Below, in pieces: positions 8,786-15,668 of a stretch of 64,000 nucleotides of DNA. Positions within the stretch are counted from its first letter, which is position 1. Each line of letters begins with the position of its first letter. The position numbers and the translations under genes are program-made. Below the pieces are notes generated by a model, which was not told the DNA's origin, did not search any database, and worked only from the letters and a program-made list of their open reading frames with translations. Source of the DNA: an uncultured Eubacteriales bacterium (GTDB taxonomy: Bacteria; Bacillota; Clostridia; Christensenellales; UBA1242); assembly GCA_949001935.1 (NCBI GenBank), contig CARJLX010000001.1, forward strand, positions 67,231 through 131,230, given 5' to 3'.

Positions 8786-9445
8786 TTAATGCCAATCAAT
8801 TGATGTTTCGCCATTTTTGATTAAAAATTCGTTGCATTTTGAGAAGTGCTTGCAGCCAAAGAAACCGCGGTATGAAGAAAGTGGACTTGGATGTGGGGCT
8901 TTTAATATTAAGTGATGTGAAGCGATTTGTGGTGCAAAGGCTTGTGCGTTTGAACCCCAAAGCAAAAATACAATTGGCTTTTCGCGTTTGGATAGAAGAT
9001 TAATGATTTGTCCTGTAAACTCTTCCCAGCCATGACCACGATGTGAATTGGCTTGATGAGCACGAACGGTTAGGGTAGTGTTTAAAAGTAAAACACCTTG
9101 TTTTGCCCAACGGGTAAGGTCACCAGATTTGATTGGATCAATGTCGAGGTCGTCATGAATTTCTTTAAAAATATTTACAAGTGATGGTGGAATATCAACA
9201 TTCTCTGGAACTGAAAATGATAAACCCTGTGCTTGATTTGGTTCATGATAAGGATCTTGACCGATAATCACAACTTTGACATCATTGTATGCGGTGTAGT
9301 TGAGTGCATTAAAGATATTTTCCATTGCAGGGTAGATTGTGCGAGTTGCATATTCATCATCCAAAAATGCTTGCAATGTTTTGAAATAATCCTTTTCAAA
9401 CTCTGATTTTAATAATTCAAACCAATTTTTCTTAATTTTTATCAT
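8786..9445 (-). CDS. ung: Uracil-DNA glycosylase
   Basis: 219 aa with the family-1 UDG motifs GQDPYH and HPSPLS. Confidence 0.93.
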   Translation of the reverse strand: MIKIKKNWFELLKSEFEKDYFKTLQAFLDDEYATRTIYPAMENIFNALNYTAYNDVKVVIIGQDPYHEPNQAQGLSFSVPENVDIPPSLVNIFKEIHDDLDIDPIKSGDLTRWAKQGVLLLNTTLTVRAHQANSHRGHGWEEFTGQIINLLSKREKPIVFLLWGSNAQAFAPQIASHHLILKAPHPSPLSSYRGFFGCKHFSKCNEFLIKNGETSIDWH

Positions 9446-9565
9446 AATGTGACCTCTTGATGAAGGTATTTTATCATATTTTTATTTTGCGGTCAAGACA
9501 TTTAAATTTAATATTGACAAATTTAGTTTCTGTGGTATAATAAAAGTAATTTTAGGAGGGAGATT

Positions 9566-10771
9566 ATGGCAAGAGTAGATTGGGAATTTTTGCTAAGAAC
9601 AGACAATATGTTAAAGAAAGGATATTGGGACACTAACGACACAGTTAGAACAAAGTGGGAAGACGGAACACCTGCACACACTGTTAAAGGGTTTTCAGCC
9701 TACAACCTTTACGATATGAGAGAAGGTTTTCCAATTTCAACACTTCGAAAAATAAATGGGGATGCTGCAATTGATGAGGTTCAATGGATTTGGCAATTAA
9801 AGAGCAACAACGTTAAAGATTTGCATAGTCACATTTGGGATCAATGGGCAGACGAAAATGGATCTATTGGCAAGGCTTATGGTTGGCAAGTTGCACAAAA
9901 GTCAAAATACAGCTGGGGTGAAGCCGATCAAACAGATATGGTGCTTCACGAACTCAAATTTAATCCGGCTTCAAGAAGAATTCTTACAGAGCTTTTTAAG
10001 CATGAAGATTTGCATGCTATGAGACTTGAACCTTGTGTTCATGGAATGCAGCTTGATGTTGCTGGTGATACTCTCAATATGTTTTTAAATCAACGCTCAA
10101 ACGACACTTTGGCGGCTGGGAATTGGAATGTTGTGCAATATTCAGCACTTTTACATATGCTTGCGCAAGTTAGTGGATTAAAGCCAGGTGTTCTTGCTCA
10201 TGAAATTGTAAACCCTCATATTTATGACCGTCATGTTCCTTTCATTGTTGATATAACTCTTTCAAGAGCAAAGAAAATTGAAGAACTTGCAGGGGAAATT
10301 TTTCGATCAGGAACAAAAATGTGTAATGCTATATACAATATGACTGATGAAGAGGAATCGGCTTTTAAACTTTTTATTAATCAACTTGTAGATAGATTTG
10401 GTCATCCAGTTTCTTATAAAGATCTAATTAAACAAGCACAAGATTTAGAACTTGAAAATGATAAGCATGATGCAACATTCTACGAAAATTATGCAAAAGA
10501 GTTTGTAGAGACTCCACAATTTAAAAAAGCAGAATATATTGTTGAAACAATGATTAAGTATCCAGAGTTTGAAAAAGCTTTCAATTTCTGTTCTCCAAAG
10601 CTTATTCTTGATCCTAGCGTTACAAATTTCTATGATTTTAAATCACCACTCACAACAGACAAAGAAACTGGCAAGTTTGTTCCTAGTGAAGATAGTTCTT
10701 TCAAAGTTGAAGATTACAACTGGAAAGAAGAAGGAATCAAATTGCAATGTGCAGTTCCTGTGGCTGAATAA
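9566..10771 (+). CDS. thyA: Thymidylate synthase (ThyA, B. subtilis ThyA-like subtype) with large internal insertions
   Basis: Catalytic-Cys context LEPCVHGMQ, plus NQRSND, HIYDRH and C-terminal ...FYDF...FKVEDY...AVPVAE. At 401 aa it is much longer than the usual 264-320 aa. Confidence 0.8.
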   Translation: MARVDWEFLLRTDNMLKKGYWDTNDTVRTKWEDGTPAHTVKGFSAYNLYDMREGFPISTLRKINGDAAIDEVQWIWQLKSNNVKDLHSHIWDQWADENGSIGKAYGWQVAQKSKYSWGEADQTDMVLHELKFNPASRRILTELFKHEDLHAMRLEPCVHGMQLDVAGDTLNMFLNQRSNDTLAAGNWNVVQYSALLHMLAQVSGLKPGVLAHEIVNPHIYDRHVPFIVDITLSRAKKIEELAGEIFRSGTKMCNAIYNMTDEEESAFKLFINQLVDRFGHPVSYKDLIKQAQDLELENDKHDATFYENYAKEFVETPQFKKAEYIVETMIKYPEFEKAFNFCSPKLILDPSVTNFYDFKSPLTTDKETGKFVPSEDSSFKVEDYNWKEEGIKLQCAVPVAE

Positions 10772-10780
10772 GACTTAATA

Positions 10781-10809
10781 AAAAAGACTTGAATTTCAAG
10801 TCTTTTTTA
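10781..10809 (+). terminator. Intrinsic terminator after thyA
   Basis: Hairpin AGACTTGAA/TTCAAGTCT followed by T6. Confidence 0.7.
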
Positions 10810-10859
10810 TTTTGATTTTTAAAGATTTTAAGATATAATTGCACTATGGAGGAATTATT

Positions 10860-11528
10860 ATGAGTTGTCCTATTAATATGAAAGGGTTTGGACCTAGCCC
10901 TATTCCTGAGGAAGCAAATTGGGTTCAAGCAAAAGAAATTACACAAATTTCAGGATTTAGTCATGGGTGCGGAAAGTGTGCACCTCAGCAAGGCACTTGC
11001 AAATTGACTTTGAATGTTAAGAATGGTGTTATCAAAGAGGCTCTTGTTGAAACTATCGGTTGCAGTGGTATGACACATTCGGCTGCTATGGCTGGCGAAA
11101 TTTTGACTGGGAAGACTATTTTAGAGGCTTTAAATACAGACCTTGTTTGTGACGCAATCAATGACGCCATGAAGCAAATCTTTTTGCAACTTGTTTATGG
11201 CAGAAGTCAATCTGCTTTTTCTGAAGGTGGTTTAGAGGTAGGAGCAGGGCTTGAAGATTTAGGTAAAAATTTGACAAGTCAGGTGGGGACTATTTATTCA
11301 AGAGAAGACACTGGCACTAGATACTTGAATTTGGCAGAAGGATATATCACAAAAGAAGGGCTTGACAAAAACGGCGAAATTATTGGTTATGAATATGTGA
11401 ACATTGGTGCACTTATGAATTTGCTAAAAGACGAAAAGGTTGATGTAAAAGAAGCTGTGAAGAAAGCAACCAAAACTTATGGGCGTTTTGATGAAGCGGT
11501 CACTGTGATTGACCCAAGGAGGGATTAA
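10860..11528 (+). CDS. NifU-N-like (Fe-S scaffold-like) domain protein, partner of the GGGtGRT protein
   Basis: Start at ATG 10860, behind GGAGGA. It carries a Cys pattern (CGKC ... GCSG) in a U-type-scaffold-like N-terminal half, and GGGtGRT follows after a 2-nt gap. Confidence 0.55.
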   Translation: MSCPINMKGFGPSPIPEEANWVQAKEITQISGFSHGCGKCAPQQGTCKLTLNVKNGVIKEALVETIGCSGMTHSAAMAGEILTGKTILEALNTDLVCDAINDAMKQIFLQLVYGRSQSAFSEGGLEVGAGLEDLGKNLTSQVGTIYSREDTGTRYLNLAEGYITKEGLDKNGEIIGYEYVNIGALMNLLKDEKVDVKEAVKKATKTYGRFDEAVTVIDPRRD

Positions 11529-11530
11529 GA

Positions 11531-12514
11531 ATGGATTACATGAAAAAATATCTTGGAATTAAAGACGCTCTAAAAAAGTATGGGATAAAGTCACTTGACG
11601 ACGCCAAAGAGATTTGTTCTAAAAACGGAATAAATGTTGAAGAGATTGTTAAAGGTATTCAACCTATTTGTTTTGATAGTGCAGTTAAGGCTTATGAACT
11701 TGGCTGTGCAATTGCTATTAAAGCAAAAGTTAAAACGGCTAGCGATGCATCACTTAAAATAGGTGAGGGCTTGCAAGCATTTTGTGAAAAGGGCTCTGTT
11801 GCAGATGACCGTCAAATCGGTCTTGGTCATGGCAGGCTGGGTGCAATGCTTCTTGATGAAAAGACGAAAAGTTTTGCATTTTTGGCAGGACATGAAAGTT
11901 TTGCGGCTGCTGAAGGAGCAATTGGAATTGCCCGTACTGCAAACAAGGTTAGAAAAACACCTTTAAATGTTATCTTGAATGGTCTTGGCAAGGATGCTGC
12001 TTACATTATTTCAAGAATTAATGGGTTCACTTTTGTTCAAACTGAGTTTGACCATAAAACTGGAAAGCTTAAAGTTGTAAAGAAAATTCCTTTTTCAAAA
12101 GGTGATAAGGCAAAGGTTAAATGTTATGGTGCTTATGATGTGCCAGAAGGTGTTGCTATTATGCAAATTGAAAAGGTTGATGTTTCAATAACTGGCAATT
12201 CTACAAATCCTGTGCGTTTCCAACATCCAGTTGCGGGAACTTACAAAAAGTGGTGCGTTGAAAACGGCAAGCAATATTTTTCTGTTGCTTCTGGTGGCGG
12301 AACAGGAAGAACACTTCATCCAGACAATATGGCAGCAGGTCCTGCAAGTTATGGGTTGACTGATACTATGGGAAGAATGCACTCTGATGCTCAATTCGCA
12401 GGTTCTTCATCAGTGCCTGCACATGTCGCAATGATGGGCTTTATTGGCATGGGCAATAATCCAATTGTAGGGGCAACAGTGGCATTATCTGTTGCGGTTG
12501 CTACAAGAAAATAA
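11531..12514 (+). CDS. GGGtGRT-family protein (uncharacterised conserved family)
   Basis: 327 aa carrying the eponymous SGGGTGRTLHPDN motif. Confidence 0.75.
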   Translation: MDYMKKYLGIKDALKKYGIKSLDDAKEICSKNGINVEEIVKGIQPICFDSAVKAYELGCAIAIKAKVKTASDASLKIGEGLQAFCEKGSVADDRQIGLGHGRLGAMLLDEKTKSFAFLAGHESFAAAEGAIGIARTANKVRKTPLNVILNGLGKDAAYIISRINGFTFVQTEFDHKTGKLKVVKKIPFSKGDKAKVKCYGAYDVPEGVAIMQIEKVDVSITGNSTNPVRFQHPVAGTYKKWCVENGKQYFSVASGGGTGRTLHPDNMAAGPASYGLTDTMGRMHSDAQFAGSSSVPAHVAMMGFIGMGNNPIVGATVALSVAVATRK

Positions 12515-12589
12515 AATTGGTACCAAATGTGCCGCGACTAGACTATGAATAAAATTGTTGAATGTAGAAAAATATTGCCATTGGCACAA

Positions 12590-12617
12590 AATAGGTCTTG
12601 AAATAGACCTTTTTTTG
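12590..12617 (+). terminator. Intrinsic terminator after the GGGtGRT operon
   Basis: Hairpin AGGTCT-tgaaat-AGACCT followed by T7. Confidence 0.75.
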
Positions 12618-12646
12618 TGGTATAATCATTTTGTTAGGAGATTAGA

Positions 12647-14290
12647 ATGGGAACATTAAAAATTACAGAAGATGATATTACAAAAATTATTCTTGGCAGA
12701 GTTAATTCTGAAGCAGAAAAATATTGGATTAAGTCTATGATTCGAGCTTTGCCATCAACCTTAGAAGGCACAGTTGTTGAGGTTGCACCAATCGAAGTTG
12801 ACGGGGGAGGGAATTCAAAAGTTACTTTTGATAAATTCACTATTAATATTGAAGGCGAACTTGCTAAATATGCTGATGAAATAAACCAAGATTATGTAGA
12901 CATTATGTGTGAAATTCAACCTGAGTTTAAAAGGTTCTATGAAAAATCTATGGAAGCAATAGAAGAAAAGACTAGAATTTTTAAGCAAAGATTATTGGAA
13001 GAATTTAATAAAAATGGCTATGTAAAAAATGACATTAAATGTATTCTTACTGGCACTGGTGTTAAAGATTTAACTCAACGGTTAGAAGCTATTAAGCATG
13101 GCGAATTTATTGCACCGATTTCAAATAAACTTAATACCCCTAATAGAAAATTCGAGCAAGGTGAAGTTTATTATGCAAATTTAAATCCTGCTTTAGTCGG
13201 TGAATTTGCAGGAGTTAGGCCAGTTGTTATTGTTGCGTGTAATGATTTTTCACTCACAATTTTGCCACTAACAAGTAAATTGGAACAAAAGGGAAACGAA
13301 GAATATCATGTTTTAGTAAAAGCAGATAAATATGATGTTAAGAATTTTACAGATTCTATTGTTTGTACTGAAGTTGTCAAAACTGTCGATAAAAGTAGAA
13401 TTTACGGCAAGGTTTTGACTTTAGATGAAGAAGATACTAATAAAATTGTAGAATTAATGGGAAAACGACTTTTTGGTGACAAATATCTTGCTCCAAGTGA
13501 TGAGTATGAAGCTTATGATATTTTTAGCGAAGAAGAGGTAGAAAAATTTGAGCGTGAGCAAGAATTAGAAGAAAAAAAGAAGGCTGAACAAGCAACCTTA
13601 AAGCAAGATAAATCGCTTAAACCTTCAAATACATTCCATACAGTGGAAAAGTTTATCAATAATCCACAAAGTGAATGCACAATTGGTGAAATTTTATATG
13701 GGATTAAAGAAGAAAAAGTTGAGGACAAAAATTTTATATGTGTAGTAGATAATTCTGTAAAGAAAACGCCAGCAGTTATTTATGAATTGACGGATGAAGA
13801 AGCCATTCAAATTTGTGAACAAAAATTTGAGGGGATGAGAGCAAATGGTTCAAGATTATCTTTTCAAGATCCTATTGTTTTAAGTAATAATTCTCTTCAA
13901 GAAGGCATTAAAATTGCATATAACACAAAAAATGTTAATGGAAAAGAGGGGAAATATTACACAGAAATTTCTTTATCCTCATTTTATGGAACATATGAAT
14001 GCGGAAGTAAAAAAAATAATAATGATATGGATTTAACTTTGTATTTGGCTTCAAAAATGGTTGAAAAATATGGAGATCATTATAAAAACAATTTCTGTAA
14101 GAATTATGTTAAGTATTTTAATAGATTTTATGAATATAATGGTGATCTAAATAAAAATATTAATCTTTTAGATTACTTCTTAAGTTTTGTTGGCAAAAAA
14201 GCAAATAATTCAAATGAATTGGTTATCAATGGATTAAGTGCATATGATTATTATAGTCTAGAAGATATAACAGAAGACGTACAGCAATAA
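12647..14290 (+). CDS. Multidomain protein with an embedded MazF/PemK-like endoribonuclease domain (residues about 168-277 of 547)
   Basis: GEVYYANLNPALVGEFAGVRPVVIVA...ILPLTSK...SIVCTEVVKTVDKSRIYGKVLTLDEEDTNKIVELMGKRL matches the MazF/PemK pattern end to end. Unrecognised regions of about 165 aa (N-terminal) and about 270 aa (C-terminal) flank it. Confidence 0.7.
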   Translation: MGTLKITEDDITKIILGRVNSEAEKYWIKSMIRALPSTLEGTVVEVAPIEVDGGGNSKVTFDKFTINIEGELAKYADEINQDYVDIMCEIQPEFKRFYEKSMEAIEEKTRIFKQRLLEEFNKNGYVKNDIKCILTGTGVKDLTQRLEAIKHGEFIAPISNKLNTPNRKFEQGEVYYANLNPALVGEFAGVRPVVIVACNDFSLTILPLTSKLEQKGNEEYHVLVKADKYDVKNFTDSIVCTEVVKTVDKSRIYGKVLTLDEEDTNKIVELMGKRLFGDKYLAPSDEYEAYDIFSEEEVEKFEREQELEEKKKAEQATLKQDKSLKPSNTFHTVEKFINNPQSECTIGEILYGIKEEKVEDKNFICVVDNSVKKTPAVIYELTDEEAIQICEQKFEGMRANGSRLSFQDPIVLSNNSLQEGIKIAYNTKNVNGKEGKYYTEISLSSFYGTYECGSKKNNNDMDLTLYLASKMVEKYGDHYKNNFCKNYVKYFNRFYEYNGDLNKNINLLDYFLSFVGKKANNSNELVINGLSAYDYYSLEDITEDVQQ

Positions 14291-14315
14291 AAAGTGGCAA
14301 AAGCCACTTTTTTTG
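14288..14315 (+). terminator. Intrinsic terminator (GTGGCA-aaa-GCCAC type)
   Basis: TAA-AAAGTGGCAAAAGCCAC followed by T7, starting at the stop codon. Confidence 0.8.
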
Positions 14316-14393
14316 ATTATTTTTGATTTTTGTTTTACTTTTTTTAAAATTTTGTATATTCTATTTATATAGTTATTTTTTCAAGGAGAAATT

Positions 14394-15128
14394 ATGGCAG
14401 AAAAAAAAGTAAATGAAAGCAATGCTAGAAGATTTCTTAATGCTTTCAATAATATTGATTATGCTTTAAAAACGCGTTATGGCATGCATAGAAGTATGGG
14501 TTTTTCTGATATGATTAGAAAAACGGTTGTTCTTAATTATATTGTTCGTAAAAATGAAGATAGTTTGATTGATTATGGGCGTCTTAGAAATGCTATTATT
14601 CACAATGCAAACGAAGATATTGTTATTGCAGAACCTCATGATAGTGTGGTTGAGGATATTGAGCGTATAGAAAAACTTTTAACAACTCCTCCTAAGGCTT
14701 TAGATTCGGTTGCTCATCGTGATGTTTTAACTATTAGTGCAGATAAAAGCATGTATGATGTTATCACTTTAATGGCAAACTCTAAGTATTCAAATATTCC
14801 TGTTTACAATGGTGAAGTTTTGATGGGCGTTGCAAATGGTCAAAAAATATTGGACTCTTTTGGACAATTTCTTTTAGCTGGTGGCAAGAGTGATGTTTTC
14901 TTAAAAAGTGTTAAGATTGAAGATATGCTCTCTGCACTTGAAAATTCTAATTATTATGTTATTGCTTCAAGTGACGTGACTGTTGAGGAAGCTTTAAATG
15001 AATTTCATAAAAATCCAAAATTGCTTGCAATTTTGATTACTCCAAATGGTGAAATTAATCAAAAGGTTTTGGGTATTGTCACAGGCAGTGACGTTATGGA
15101 TATGAATAAGATTATGGATTTATATTGA
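14394..15128 (+). CDS. HEPN-like (Rx4H) N-terminal domain fused to a CBS-domain pair
   Basis: Residues 1-95 are helical and carry YGRLRNAIIHN (R65-x4-H70). Residues about 100-244 form two CBS-like repeats (VLTISADKSMYDVITLMANSKYSNIPVY..., and VTVEEALNEFHKNPKLLAILIT). Confidence 0.6.
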   Translation: MAEKKVNESNARRFLNAFNNIDYALKTRYGMHRSMGFSDMIRKTVVLNYIVRKNEDSLIDYGRLRNAIIHNANEDIVIAEPHDSVVEDIERIEKLLTTPPKALDSVAHRDVLTISADKSMYDVITLMANSKYSNIPVYNGEVLMGVANGQKILDSFGQFLLAGGKSDVFLKSVKIEDMLSALENSNYYVIASSDVTVEEALNEFHKNPKLLAILITPNGEINQKVLGIVTGSDVMDMNKIMDLY

Positions 15129-15212
15129 TAAACCAAATATTGTGCAATTATTTTAATTAATTTTACTTGACATTTTTATAGTTTTAGTTATACTTAAATT
15201 ATCATCTTAATT

Positions 15213-15446
15213 AAATGCGTTGATGAAAGACAGGGTTGTAAGTGGAGATTTTCAGAGAGTTGTTGGTTGGTGCAAAACAATAAATTGAAACTTGGAATTA
15301 TCACTTTCGGAGTTGCTATCTGAAAATTATAGTAGGGTTTGCCGGTTCTTCCCGTTATAGAAGGCGTGAGTGATGGCTCACAGAAAAGTTTACAAGTGGT
15401 TATAACCTTTTTAAGCACGGGGGTCTTGTATCTTCCGTGCTTTTTC
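15213..15446 (+). promoter_or_regulatory. T-box riboswitch leader (Ile specifier AUC) with terminator
   Basis: Stem I elements GATGAAAGA...AGTGG...CAGAGAG...GGTGCAA; a candidate specifier GAATTATCAC (AUC then A); a degenerate T-box AAGTGGTTATAAC; and terminator GCACGG...CCGTGC followed by T5. A putative promoter TTGACA-16-TATACT lies at 15167-15194. Confidence 0.7.
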
Positions 15447-15620
15447 GAACCCAATGTTCGATGAGTGTTTATTTATTGTAATTAAAACTAATATTATATT
15501 TAATTCACAATTAATAGCTCAAATTAAAGATTTTTATTATTTTATTTTAACCTTAATAATAAGAATAAAAATCCTATTTGCGATACAAAGATAAACCTTT
15601 ATCAAGTATTGCAAAATTAA

Positions 15621-15647
15621 TTTCTTTTGTTTCTTTAAAAGAAAAGA
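15621..15647 (-). repeat. Dispersed hairpin repeat, copy R1 (shortened, degenerate)
   Basis: TTTCTTTTGTTTCTTTAAAAGAAAAGAA, the reverse complement of the family consensus CTTTTCTTT-AAA-GAAAAG-AAACAAAAGAA. It lies about 20 nt upstream of the ileS start. Confidence 0.5.
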
Positions 15648-15668
15648 ATATTGAATAAGGAGAAGGAA

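Noticed and set aside
15194-15454. 86-aa minus-strand ORF.
   Set aside because: It coincides exactly with the T-box leader on the opposite strand and has no RBS. The RNA element explains the region better.
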